Source: an uncultured Planctomycetota bacterium (GTDB lineage: Bacteria > Planctomycetota > Planctomycetia > Isosphaerales > Isosphaeraceae). Taken from it: a DNA stretch of 64,000 nucleotides. Below the pieces are notes generated by a model. That model had not been told where the DNA came from. It did not search any database and saw only the letters and a list, made by a program, of their open reading frames with translations. Positions within the stretch are counted from its first letter, which is position 1. The number at the start of each line of letters is the position of its first letter. The position numbers were made by a program, and so were the translations under genes. Below are positions 1-10,968 of this stretch, in pieces. The stretch covers positions 396,273 through 460,272 of the forward strand of contig CAWJTV010000029.1 in NCBI GenBank assembly GCA_963845755.1. Reading direction: 5' to 3'.

Positions 1-289
1 TCACGGCATGGACCACCTTGTAGCTCGGCGGCTCCTGCCCCAGCTTCTTCGCCGCCTCGGCCACCTCGCGATGGATGGTAGCCGTCGGCAGCCTGGGCTT
101 TCGCAACGCCAGCCCCTCGATGAGTTGCTGGAGGGCAGGCGTCAGCTTCCGCTTGTCCTTGTCGTCCCGCTCCTTGCGGGCCAGGCCGGTCAATCCTTCC
201 CGGCGGTAGCGATCGACCCAGCGGCGGGCGGTGCGGAGGACGATGCCTTGTTCCCGGGCGATTTGAGTCAGAGGGACGCCATCTTCCAG
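1..289 (-). pseudogene. Downstream part of a TniA/TnsB-like (Tn552/Tn5053/Mu-type) DDE transposase interrupted by IS1182; runs off the window edge
   Basis: Manual minus-strand translation LEDGVPLTQIAREQGIVLRTARRWVDRYRREGLTGLARKERDDK...IEGLALRKPRLPTATIHREV...PPSYKVV (HTH region); rejoins 2049..1938 in frame when the IS is removed. Confidence 0.8.
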
Positions 290-1937
290 GAGCCTGTCTG
301 AGAACTCTGACCCGCATTGTCGCGGATGAGCCAGGTGTACGGACGGAGTCGGTTCGGGCACAATGCGGGTTTCCGACCTTTCCTCTACCTTGGTGCCTGA
401 TCGGGGAGCCGAATCATGGAGGGCCGACGCAAGACCTACCGAGCCTGGGACCCTCGACAGAATGGTCACGACGCCATCTCGCCGCCGGAGGCGCTCCCCG
501 AAGACGATCTGGTGTTCTTCCTCATCGATCTCATCCCGCAGCTTGACCTCACTCCGTTCCACAAGCATTATGCCCAGGAACTGCGCGGCCAACCCCCCTT
601 CGACGTGACCATGATGGTGACGCTGCTGGTCTATGCCTACTGCATCGGTGTCCGCTCCAGCCGGAAGATCGCCGCCGCCTGTGAGCGCAATCTGGCGTTC
701 CGAGCCATTGTCGGTATCGATCGGCCCGACTTCCGCACTATCAGCGATTTTCGCAAGATCCACCTGGCGGCACTGCGGCCCCTGTTCCTTGAGGTGCTGC
801 GCATCGCGGGCGAGTTGGGGATGGTCAAGTTGGGGAACCTGTCCACCGACGGGACCAAGATGGGGGCCAACGCCTCGCGGCACAAGGCGATGAGCTACGG
901 CTACATGGGGAAGGAAATCGAACGGCTGAAGGCCGAGATCGAGCAAATGCTCCAGGAAGCTGAGCAGCTCGACGCCGAGCAAGATGCGGCGTTGGGGAGC
1001 CGTCGCGGCGACGAACTGCCGGCGGAATTGAAGCGGCGTGACGATCGGTTGGCCAAGATTCGCGAGGCGAAAGCGCGGCTGGAAGCCGAGGCGGCTGCCC
1101 GGGCGGACGAAGAACAACGCCGCCGGGATCAGGCCCAAGCCCAGCGGGAAGCGGACGGCCGCAAACGCCGGGGCAAGCCACCGGCTCCGATCGATCCGAG
1201 TCCCGAGGAGAAGGTGCAAATGAACTTCACCGACCCCGAAGCGAAGATCATGAAGCAGAGCAACAAGGGGTTCGATTATTCGTACAACGCCCAGGCGGTG
1301 GTGGATGGCGCGCACCAGATCATCGTCGCCCCGGACGTGACCTCAGCGCCCAACGACAAGGAACAGGCGGTGCCGATGGCGCAAGCAGCCTTAAACAATC
1401 TGGAGGCGGCTGGGATCCCGCGGCCGATGGCCAGCGACGGGACCCCGACGCCGATTCCGAACACGGCGGACACGGGCTATTTCAGCGCGAAAGCGGTGGC
1501 GGGACTGGAGCAGCTCGGCATGGACCCGTATGTGGCTGTTGAGCGTCAGAAGCACCACGTGGCTGCGGTGACGTCGGCGACGACGGCTCCCGCACCGGAA
1601 GCGAGTGTGAACGAGAAGATGCAGCACAAACTGCGTACGGCGGCCGGCAAAGCCCTGTACGCGGCGCGGAAGCAGATCGTCGAACCGGTCTTCGGCCAGA
1701 TCAAATTCGCGCGGGGGATTCGCCAGTTTCTGCTCCGTGGCTTGGAGAAAGTCTCCGCCGAGTGGCAACTGATCGGCCTGACCCACAATCTACTGAAGAT
1801 TTGGCGCCACACCTGCGCCGCCGCCGAGAGTTGAGTGGGATAGTGCGCGCCGAGGGCGGGGCCGAGGCCGAAATGGCCAAGGCCCGGTGGGAACCCAGGG
1901 GCCAAGGCGAGACACGGGCGAATTCTCGGACAGGCTC
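290..1937 (+). mobile_element. IS1182-family insertion sequence
   Basis: Terminal inverted repeats (IRs) GAGCCTGTCTGAGAACTC (290-307) and revcomp GAGCCTGTCCGAGAATTC (1920-1937); flanks CCAG (286-289) and CTAG (1938-1941), an imperfect 4-bp TSD. Confidence 0.88.
416..1834 (+). CDS. IS1182-family transposase
   Basis: 472 aa; LLVYAYCIGVRSSRKIA, PDFRTISDFRK, STDGTKMGANAS, NFTDPEAKIMK, ADTGYFS, YAARKQIVEPVFGQIK motifs. Confidence 0.92.
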   Translation: MEGRRKTYRAWDPRQNGHDAISPPEALPEDDLVFFLIDLIPQLDLTPFHKHYAQELRGQPPFDVTMMVTLLVYAYCIGVRSSRKIAAACERNLAFRAIVGIDRPDFRTISDFRKIHLAALRPLFLEVLRIAGELGMVKLGNLSTDGTKMGANASRHKAMSYGYMGKEIERLKAEIEQMLQEAEQLDAEQDAALGSRRGDELPAELKRRDDRLAKIREAKARLEAEAAARADEEQRRRDQAQAQREADGRKRRGKPPAPIDPSPEEKVQMNFTDPEAKIMKQSNKGFDYSYNAQAVVDGAHQIIVAPDVTSAPNDKEQAVPMAQAALNNLEAAGIPRPMASDGTPTPIPNTADTGYFSAKAVAGLEQLGMDPYVAVERQKHHVAAVTSATTAPAPEASVNEKMQHKLRTAAGKALYAARKQIVEPVFGQIKFARGIRQFLLRGLEKVSAEWQLIGLTHNLLKIWRHTCAAAES

Positions 1938-2049
1938 CTAGGAAGGGGCGTATGATCTGAAATCGGGCGAGAGCACGCGACCGGGCCTCTTCGGGCAGGT
2001 TGCTCAATGAGACGGCGAGGGCTTCCACTGGCTTGGGTGGATGACTCAT
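1938..2049 (-). pseudogene. 5' part of the interrupted TniA-like transposase
   Basis: MSHPPKPVEALAVSLSNLPEEARSRALARFQIIRPFL, then the IS end; continues as EDGVPL on the far side of the IS. Confidence 0.75.
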
Positions 2050-2091
2050 GGATGAACACGATACGGCCGTGCATTTCCGCCGTCAACGACC

Positions 2092-2144
2092 CGGGGTGAC
2101 AAATAGCGGGGCAAAAAAGGTGACATTTACCGGGCAAGTTAACA
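2092..2144 (-). mobile_element. Transposon end with repeated transposase-binding sites (Tn7/Tn5053/Tn552-like)
   Basis: Minus strand TGTTAAC-TTGCCCGGTAAATGTCACC-TTTT-TTGCCCCGCTATTTGTCACC: terminal TGT plus two ~19-bp repeats, ~95 bp upstream of the tniA start. Confidence 0.65.
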
Positions 2145-2202
2145 TACAGGGGGGTGAATTCGCAGCGACCCAAGGGTGTGCGCAACGCAATCGTTACGCG
2201 CT

Positions 2203-2607
2203 CTATGGGGAGTCAAATCGATCGCTGTCGGTCTTGTGCGCGGACACGTCACCCAGAATGTCGCAGAGGAGGTCGAGTCCCGTGTCTTCGGCGGGCGGTC
2301 TTGACCGCCAGAACTCCTGCTGCCGAGACATTTCGTCGGCGGACTCACCAAGCCTCGGGGCCTCGAAGTACAGGATCGTCTCGCCCTCGTGACCCCCGTC
2401 GATGCCAACGAACCGAATATCCGATGCAGAAACGAGCCAGGCCGGCCGACGGCCCGGCGGGCGGCTGCGGCCGAGAAATCCCATCAGGATCGATCGCCGC
2501 ACGGCCGGCCCGATCAGGCGCAGCAGGTTGCCGACTGGGACGGGCGGCGCTTCACTTCCGTACTCGGCGCGTCCCATGAGCCGGATCGTGTGATGGATTC
2601 GATGCAT
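2203..2607 (-). pseudogene. Hypothetical protein, probably C-terminally truncated next to the transposon end
   Basis: MHRIHHTIRL...GRRPAWLVSASDIRFVG...DTGLDLLCDILGDV...DSDRFDSP*; reads as a globular protein but stops ~60 bp before the transposon end. Confidence 0.45.
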
Positions 2608-2866
2608 GACGGGCCTCCTGGACCGATCATCGGCCGGCGCTCCTGCCAATAGCTACTGAACGCCTGATCCAATTCTGTCCGGTCGATCCTGCCCAGACAA
2701 GGCGGGAATTTCCCGGGATGAGTTGCCAGACCCGAAAAAGTGTCCGATAGTAAGGTTGTCGGGATTTCCCAATTGGCGTTCGGGGTGCGCGAAGAGATAA
2801 AAAGGCAGGGGATCCGATGGGAAACGAACGGGAAACGCGCATCGATGCACTCGGCGATCGTCGGCA

Positions 2867-3243
2867 AACGAAATCGTCGAAACGAAGCCAGCGGGCCGGC
2901 GTGGTGGGGGGTGGGGGGTACGTGGCGGGACAAAGCCCATCGCGATTTGGACGAAAGGAAGCCAACGCCATCCCCAACCACCGCGATTTCGAGAAAAACG
3001 AAGCCACGATTATAGCGATCAGGCAAACTTTACGGCTAATGATGAATGGTAGGATCGTCAGGACTGGCGCGATCTGCACGAATAGGCGGATCGGACCGAT
3101 TTCGAGGGCTGGGGTCCGATGGAAGACTACCGCAATTTCGACGAAACGAAGCCAACTCAGCCCCCGACCACCGCGATTTCGAGGAAAACGAAGCCATCGG
3201 GGCCGCGCCGTGCCCCGAAACCCTCAAAACGAAGCCACGACGA
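2867..3243 (+). repeat. Cluster of six degenerate repeats with core GAAA(A)CGAAGCCA
   Basis: Cores at ~2879, 2952, 2993, 3142, 3184, 3225; four are preceded by CGC(G/A)ATTT; the doublet 2938-3010 recurs at 3126-3200. Confidence 0.7.
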
Positions 3244-3994
3244 TCGGGGCGGCAGCGAGGATGCGGTTGGTACGGGCCTTGACGGACGATCCCAATTGGG
3301 GACGTCGAATCGATGGTGGGAAGGAAACGGGAGATGGCGGCTGTGGGGAATCACGCGAACGGCGCGAGGAGGCGATTGTTGCCGGTTTTGCCAGCGACAG
3401 GGGAGAGGCCCCGGATCCCCACCCGACCCCATCCCGCCAGCGGAGGTCCGCGCTCCGGTCGGCCATCACCATTCTTCCCGCAAGAGCCACCCTGGGTCAT
3501 CCATCCACAACCTTGAGTGGCCCGGATTTTCCACTGACTTCTGAGACGCTCACCCGTGCGAACGGCTGTACACGCTTTTCAACAGGACTCTGGTCCCCGT
3601 ATAGTAGGAATGAGGTCGGCCAGAGACCCGCATGCCGTCCGCATGAGCCGGTTCGCTTGGCCCCTACCCTCTGCGGATCGGGTTGCGACAGCCTGATCCC
3701 CCGTCCAGCCATGGCGGCACAGCACCCCCAGATCCAGGCGAGCGCGATCGATCGTGCGATCCGGCGACTCGCCTCGGCCAGCAACGGCGTACCCTCTTTT
3801 CAACACACCCCGAGTCCTGGATGATGAACCTTCGCCTCTTAGTCGAGAAGGGTGCGGCTACACCCAGACCGCGACGACACTCGTCCTATCGACGTGGCGT
3901 GAGACCGATCGGGGAAAACATCGTGGCACGACGAAAGCGAAACAACGCGAAGCGTCCGAAGCGGTTCGATCGCAACCGACAGGGGAAAGTCCTC

Positions 3995-6900
3995 ATGGCG
4001 ACTGCTGAGGAACGGATCGGCTCCAAGGACTCTGGCCCTGACAAGGATGGCCGCGCTGACCATCTGCGAATCGCGCTCGCGTGGGGCATCACGGGGCTCG
4101 TGCCCTGGCTCGTCCTCGCCGGTATCGGCGCGCTCCTCTTTTTCCTGGTCAAGCGATTCGGGCCCGTGCCCTGGCTCGTCATCGGCGGCATCGCCGTCCC
4201 GAGCCTTTTCGTGGCCCAGTTGGTTTGGCGGGCCATCTTCCGGCAACGCGTCGGAATGCTGGTCCTGTTCCTGGCTGTCGTTGCGGTCGGGACAACCCAC
4301 GGTTACGCCGATTCGAAGGATTCGCCCCCCGCGACCACGCCGCGCCCGGTGGGGTTCGCGCGGGATATCCGGCCGCTGCTCTCGGACAATTGCTTTGCCT
4401 GCCACGGGCCGGACGAGAAGGCACGCAAGGCCCAATTCCGGCTCGACACCCAGGAAGGTGCCTTCGCCGACCTCAAGGACGGCGGCCGAGCGATTGTGCC
4501 GGGCAAGCCCGACGATAGCGACCTGATCTTCCGGATCGAGAGCGACGACCCCGAGCTGCAAATGCCGCCGAAGAAGAGCGGCAAGCATTTGACCCCCGAG
4601 CAAATCGCGTTGATCCGGCGATGGGTCGAGCAAGGGGCATCCTGGACCAAACACTGGGCGTTCAAGCCTCCCCGGAAGCCCGATCTGCCGGCCATCAAGG
4701 ATTCCCGATGGCCGGTCAACGAAATCGACCGCTTCCTCCTCGCCCGCCTCGAGGCCGATGGGCTCGCGCCGGAATCCGAAGCGAGCAAGACCGCTCTCAT
4801 CCGTCGCGTCACCCTCGACTTGACCGGCTTACCCCCCACCCTCCCGGCGGTCAACGCGTTCCTGAACGATCGCTCCGAGGGTGCCTATGAGCGGGTCGTC
4901 AACCGGCTCCTGGAATCCCCCCAATACGGCGAGCACCTGGCGCGGTTCTGGCTCGACGCCGCCCGGTACGGCGACACCCACGGCCTGCACCTCGACAACT
5001 ACCGCGAGATCTGGCCCTATCGCGACTGGGTCATCCGCGCCTTCAACAGGAACAAGCCGTTCGACCAGTTCGTCATCGAGCAACTTGCCGGCGATTTGCT
5101 CCCCAAGCCGACCCTCGACCAGATCGTCGCCACCGGATTCAATCGCTGCCACGTCTCGACCAATGAAGGCGGATCGATCGAGGAAGAGGTCTACGTCCGC
5201 AATATCGTGGACCAGGTCGACACCAATGGAACGGTCTTCATGGGACTCTCCACGGGCTGGCGCGGTGCCACGACCACAAGTACGACCCGATCCGTGCGAA
5301 GGACTACTACCAGCTCTTCGCGTTCTTCAACAACATCGATGGCCCCCCGATGGACGGCAATGCGGCCAGATGGGAACCAATCCTCCCCGTGCCGACCGCG
5401 GCCCAGCGCAAGACCCTCGCGGCCGTCAACGGCGAGATCGCGGCGATCCAGAAGTCCATCACCGCCGAGGCCGCGCGGGTGGCCGACGAGTATGATCCCG
5501 GCGACGACTGCGAATGTTGCGAGGAATCCGCCCGCGCCGACTTCGTCTGGATCGACGACGCCCTGCCCCCCGGTGCCCGTCGCGAAGGCGACAGCGCGTG
5601 GGAATTCGTCGGCAAGCCAGACCACCCCGTCAAGAACGGCCGCCTCTCCCTCCGAGCCACTGCCAGGGGCCTCGACCAGCGCGTCTTCCTGACCGACGCA
5701 GAAACGCTCAAGACCGGCGAAGGAGATACGCTCTTCGCTCACATCTACATCGATCCGAAAAAACGTCCGAGGGAAGTGATGCTCCAGTGGCACACGAAGG
5801 CGGGGTGGTCTCACCGCGCCTACTGGGGCGAGAACGCGATCGACTGGGGCAAGGACGGCACGCCGGAGCGATTGCGCATGGGGAATCTGCCGGAGACCGG
5901 CAAGTGGGTGCGGCTGGAGGTGCCGACCGCCAGCTTGAAGCTTGCGCCGGGGACCGTAATCGACGGCTGGGCGTTCACCCAGCATGGGGGCACGGTCCAC
6001 TGGGACCAGGCCGGCCTCACGACCATGACCCCGCAGCCGGGGCAGTTCTATGACTCGCTCACGGCCTGGGCCAAGGCCCAGCGCACCCTGGGCGCCGTGG
6101 GACTGCCGGAAAACCTCAAGCCGATCGTCCGGAACGATCGATCGAAGTGGACCGAGGCCCAAACCCGGGAACTTCGCGGCTACTTCGTCGCGCATTCGTA
6201 TGCCCGGACCAGAGACGCCACGGCCCCGTTGCGAGCGAAGCTGACGGCGACGCAGGAGAAGCGGAAGGCGATCGAGCAGCAGTCCCCCACGACGCTGGTC
6301 TTCCGCGAGAAGGGCGGCGAGCCCAAGCCGGCGTTCTTGCTCAAGCGGGGCGAGTACGACCAGCGGGGCGAGAAGGTCGGCCGGGGCGTGCCGGCGTTCC
6401 TGCCGCCGCTGCCGCCGGGCGAGCCGGTCAACCGGTTGGGACTGGCGCGCTGGCTGGTCGCGCCCGATCATCCGCTGACCGCACGCGTGACGGTCAATCG
6501 CCTCTGGCTCCAGGTGTTCGGGACGGGAATCGTCAAGACGGCGGAGGACTTCGGGCGCAGGGCGAGCCGCCCAGCCATCCCGAGCTCCTGGACTGGCTGG
6601 CGGTGCGGTTCCGCGAGGACGGCTGGGACGTCAAGCGGTCCCTGAAGCGGCTGGTGATGTCGGCCGCATACCGGCAGTCGTCGCGGGTCACGGCCGAGAA
6701 GCTGGCGAAGGACCCGGCCAACCGCCTGCTCTCGCGGGGGCCGCGGTACCGGCTCGACGCCGAGATGCTTCGTGACCAGGCGATGTTCATCAGCGGGCTG
6801 CTGGTCGAGGAGGTGGGCGGACCGAGCGTCAAGCCACCCCAGCCGGCCGGGCTCTGGGAGGCCGTCGGCTACACCGGGAGCAACACCGTCAAGTTCGTCG

Positions 6901-7383
6901 CCGACCACGGCGCAGGAGAAAGTCCATCGCCGCAGTCTCTACACCTTCTGGAAGCGCACCTCGGCGCCCCCGCAGATGACCACCCTCGACGCCCCCTCGC
7001 GCGAGGCGTGCACCGTGCGCCGCGAGCGGACGAATACCCCCCTCCAGGCCCTGTTGCTCATGAACGAGCCGCAGCTCGTCGAGGCCTCGCGCGCCCTGGC
7101 CGAGCGGACCCTCCGCGAAGCCGGACCGACGAACCCGGACCGCCTGACGCACATGTTCCGGCTGGTCACCGCCCGATGCCCCGGCGCCGGGGAAATCGCC
7201 GAGCTCGAGGCGGCCCTCAAGGACCTGACCGCTCATTACACCGGCCAGCCCGAGGCCGCCCGGCAATTGATCGCCATCGGCGAGACCAAGCCCGACCCCC
7301 GTTTCAAGGCCGGTGAGCTGGCCGCCTGGACCATGATCGGAAACATTGTTCTGAACCTGGATGAGGTGATCACGAAGGGATGA
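3995..7383 (+). CDS. Planctomycete cytochrome c (PSCyt1) + DUF1549 + DUF1553 protein (about 3 apparent frameshifts)
   Basis: [90 protein letters not shown]; split over ORFs 3683, 5350, 6147 and 6772. Confidence 0.9.
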
Positions 7384-7454
7384 ATCTCATCCGGTAGAAG
7401 AAGAACCTCCGCGCCTCCGCGTGAAGCTCTCACCGTGACCATCAGGAGCCCGCC

Positions 7455-8944
7455 ATGGACCCCATTCGCGAACAGATCGACGTCCTGACGCGCCGGCATT
7501 TCTTCGGCCGGGCGGGCATCAGCTTGGGCAGTGCCGCGCTGGCCAGCCTGCTGGCCGAGGGGAATGCGCGGGCGCGGACACATCGCCGAAGGGAACGGAC
7601 GGGGCGACCCTGTCCGCCGCCGGCGGACTTCCCGGGTTGCCTCATTTCGCGCCCAAGGCGAAGCGGGCGATCTACCTGTTCATGAACGGCGGCCCGTCGC
7701 AGATGGACCTGTTCGACTACAAGCCGGCCATGGGCCCGATGTTCGACAAGGACCTGCCCGACTCGATCCGGATGGGTCAACGTCTGACCACGATGACCAG
7801 CGGCCAGTCCCGCTTCCCGATCGCGCCTTCCAAATACAAGTTCGCCCGGCACGGACAGGCGGGGACCTTGGTCAGCGAGCTGTTGCCCTGGACGGCCAAG
7901 ATCGTCAACGAGATCGCACTGATCAAGTCGGTCTGGACGGAAGCGATCAACCACGACCCGGCCGTCACGTATATTTGCACGGGTAACCAGCTACCGGGGC
8001 GCCCCAGCCTGGGTTCCTGGCTGAGCTACGGCCTGGGCACGACGAACCGGGACTTACCCGCCTTCGTCGTGATGACGGCGACCTGGACCGGCCGCAAGGA
8101 GGCCCAGGCGATCTACAACCGGCTCTGGGGCTCGGGCTACTTGCCGAGCAAGCACCAGGGCGTCGCGTTGCGCTCCAGCGGCGACCCGGTCCTCTTCCTG
8201 TCGAATCCCGCGGGGGTCGATCCCGCGATCCGCCGGCGCGCCCTCGACGCGATCAGCCGGATCAACCAGGAGGAGTACCGCCAGTTCGCCGACCCCGAGA
8301 CCCAGACGCGGATCGCCCAGTACGAGATGGCCTTCCGCATGCAGACCTCGGTCCCCGAGCTGACCGACATCTCCAACGAGCCGAAGCACGTGCTGGACAT
8401 GTACGGGCCGGACGTGCACACACCGGGCACGTTCGCGCGTTGCGCACTCCTGGCCCGTCGGCTGGCCGAGCGCGACGTGCGGTTCGTCCAGATCTTCCAT
8501 CGCGGCTGGGACCAGCACGGGAACCTCCCCGGCGACCTGCCCCACCAGTGCCACGACGTCGATCAACCCTGCCACGCGCTCATCACCGACTTGAAACAGC
8601 GCGGGTTACTCGACGACACGCTGGTCATCTGGGGCGGCGAGTTCGGCCGGACGGTGTATTGCCAGGGCCGGCTGACCCGCAACGACTACGGCCGCGACCA
8701 CCATCCCAAGTGCTTCCCGACCTGGATGGCCGGCGGCGGCATCAAGCCCGGAGTCTCGTATGGCGAGACCGACGACTTCAGCTACAATATCGTCTCCAAC
8801 CCGGTGCACATCCACGACCTGAACGCCACGATCCTCCACTGCCTGGGCATCGATCACCGCCGGCTGAGCTTCCGGTTCCAGGGCCTCGACGTCCGCCTCA
8901 CCGGCGTCGAGGAGCATCACCCGGTCAAGGGGGTCCTGGCGTGA
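7455..8944 (+). CDS. DUF1501 family (sulfatase-like, Tat-exported) protein; frameshift near 7600
   Basis: TRRHFFG twin-arginine leader; [49 protein letters not shown]; usual partner of DUF1553. Confidence 0.92.
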
Positions 8945-9002
8945 TTCCAATCACCTGACTCGAATCGGACCGCTCTCAGGGTCCGCGAGGGCGCCCCCAT
9001 CG

Positions 9003-10008
9003 ATGAAGACGGTCCACGTTGCCGTCGTGCAGGCGGCACCGGTCGCGTTCGACCGGGAAAGAACCCTGGAAACGGTCCGCGGCCTGGCCATTGAGGCGGC
9101 CGACCGGGGGGCGCGTCTGATCGTCTTCCCCGAGGCGTTCGTCTCGGGCTACCCGCGCGGGCTCGATTTCGGAGTCCGGATCGGCTCCCGCACTCCCGAA
9201 GGCCGCGAGTTGTTCCGCCGCTACTGGGACAGCGCCGTGGACGTACCCGGCCCGGCCGTCGACTCCCTCGGCAACACGGCCCGAGATACCGGCGCAGTAC
9301 CTGGTCATCGGCGTCGTGGAGCGCGCAGGGCGGCACGCTCTACTGCTCGGTCCTGTTCTTCGATCCCGACGGCGCCCTGCTGGGCAAGCATCGCAAGCTG
9401 ATGCCCACCGCCGCCGAGCGCCTGGTCTGGGGCTATGGCGACGGCTCGACCATGCCCGTCTTCGACACCCCCATCGGTAAGCTCGGCGCCGTGATCTGCT
9501 GGGAGAATTACATGCCGATGCTGCGGATGCACATGTACGCCCAGGGGATCCAGATCTATTGCGCCCGACGGCCGACGACCGCGAGACCTGGCTGTCAACC
9601 CTGCGTCACATCGCCCTGGAGGGGCGTTGCTTCGTCCTGGGCTGCAACCAGTTTGCCCGCCGCTCCGACTACCCGGCCGACTATCCCGCCATCCAGGGGG
9701 ACGACCCGTCAACCGTCATGTCGCGGGGCGGTAGCTGCATCGTCAACCCGCTGGGCCGGCTGCTGGCCGGGCCGGTCTTCGACGGACCGACGACCCTCTC
9801 GGCCGAGCTGGACCTCGAGGAGATCCCCCGCGCCAAGTTCGACTTCGATGTCGCCGGCCACTACGCGCGTCCCGACGTCTTCCGGCTGGTCGTCAACGAG
9901 TCACCGACGCCGCCGGTTGTACGACAGACCGGATCTCCTGCACCCTCCTGTCCCGAACCCGCCCGGCCTCCCGAATCGGTAAAGCCGGTCGAGGAACCGC
10001 TGCGATGA
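9003..10008 (+). CDS. Nitrilase / carbon-nitrogen hydrolase (2 frameshifts)
   Basis: [13 protein letters not shown] (Glu), KHRKLMPT (Lys), ICWENYMP (Cys), [12 protein letters not shown]. Confidence 0.9.
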
Positions 10009-10025
10009 CCCGTTCGCCTCGCGAT

Positions 10026-10292
10026 TCACGGATGTTCCGGTGAAGCCCCGAGCCGCTCGAGCTCGGATCGGAGGCGGTTTCTGGCCCGCTGTTCGGCGGT
10101 GAGCTGCGACTTCGATATGTAACCGCGCTGATGCATCCGCCCCGCCCACTCAAATCGATCCTCCGCCCTCTGGAGATCGACTCTGATCGCCGCGATGCGC
10201 CTCCTCCGCTCCCACGTCAGGACGATGGCGATCACGGCCACGAGGACCATCAGCCACAGCAAGGTCAGCCGGGGCCGGAAGAAGCGTCTCAT
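10026..10292 (-). CDS. Small membrane-anchored hypothetical protein
   Basis: MRRFFRPRLTLLWLMVLVAVIAIVLTW hydrophobic leader followed by a helical segment (RMHQRGYISKSQL). Confidence 0.6.
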   Translation of the reverse strand: MRRFFRPRLTLLWLMVLVAVIAIVLTWERRRRIAAIRVDLQRAEDRFEWAGRMHQRGYISKSQLTAEQRARNRLRSELERLGASPEHP

Positions 10293-10404
10293 CAGGATCG
10301 TCCTCGGCGAGTCAGGACCCGCTGCGGATGGTACCCGGCAACTCGGAATGGCCCAAAACGACGATTGTCGGTGATCTCGGCCCAACACACAACCGGGACG
10401 CGGG

Positions 10405-10872
10405 CTAGATCCGCTCCTCGATCAGGACGGGCATGCGGTTCGAGCGAGTCATGACCTGGTAATAATGGCTCGCGGGCTCGCAGATCATGTAGACCACGGC
10501 CTTGCCGCGCTCGTCCGGGACGAGTAGGCCGCGGATCCCTTGCCGGATGCGGTACCAGACCCCGCGATCCAGCCCGAGCGTGGCGGGGATGTCCACGAGG
10601 ATCGGGTTGAGTCCGCGCCAGTACCCCTCCTGGACGGTCAACAGCCACGTCCAGCCGGTGCGCGGCAGGAAACGGCTCTCGCCCCGACCGTTGCCCCAGC
10701 GCACGACCAGGATTTGACCGTCGCGCCAGACCGGCAGCCGGGGTTGGCGGTCGCGATAGAGGAAACGCACCTCCCGCTCGCCCCCACGATCGTGGACGCG
10801 ACGCTCCAGCCCCTGCCGCTCGATCAGCTCCTTGGGCAGCTCACTCCATGCCAGAGATATTCCAACGCACAT
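10405..10872 (-). CDS. Divergent compact SRAP-like (YedK/HMCES-like) protein
   Basis: 155 aa from MC-; VRWG, IPAT-LGLD, IRGLL, MICEPAS and C-terminal RMPVLI occur in SRAP motif order; directly downstream of a Y-family polymerase. Confidence 0.55.
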   Translation of the reverse strand: MCVGISLAWSELPKELIERQGLERRVHDRGGEREVRFLYRDRQPRLPVWRDGQILVVRWGNGRGESRFLPRTGWTWLLTVQEGYWRGLNPILVDIPATLGLDRGVWYRIRQGIRGLLVPDERGKAVVYMICEPASHYYQVMTRSNRMPVLIEERI

Positions 10873-10887
10873 GGGATTAGTAGCGTC

Positions 10888-10967
10888 GTGAGTGGCAAGT
10901 GGCAAGTGAATCCGAGAGGACGGACCGGTTCGTATCTCTTGCCACTCGCCACTTGCCACTTGCCACG
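10888..10967. repeat. Intergenic inverted heptamer repeat (GTGGCAA)n ... (TTGCCAC)n
   Basis: gagtggcaagtggcaagtg ... cttgccactcgccacttgccacttgccac. Confidence 0.75.
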
Positions 10968-10968
10968 A

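Noticed and set aside
2867..3243. CRISPR-like array from the AAACGAAGCCA repeats
   Set aside because: The repeats are degenerate, spacing is irregular and the intervening sequences are partly duplicated.
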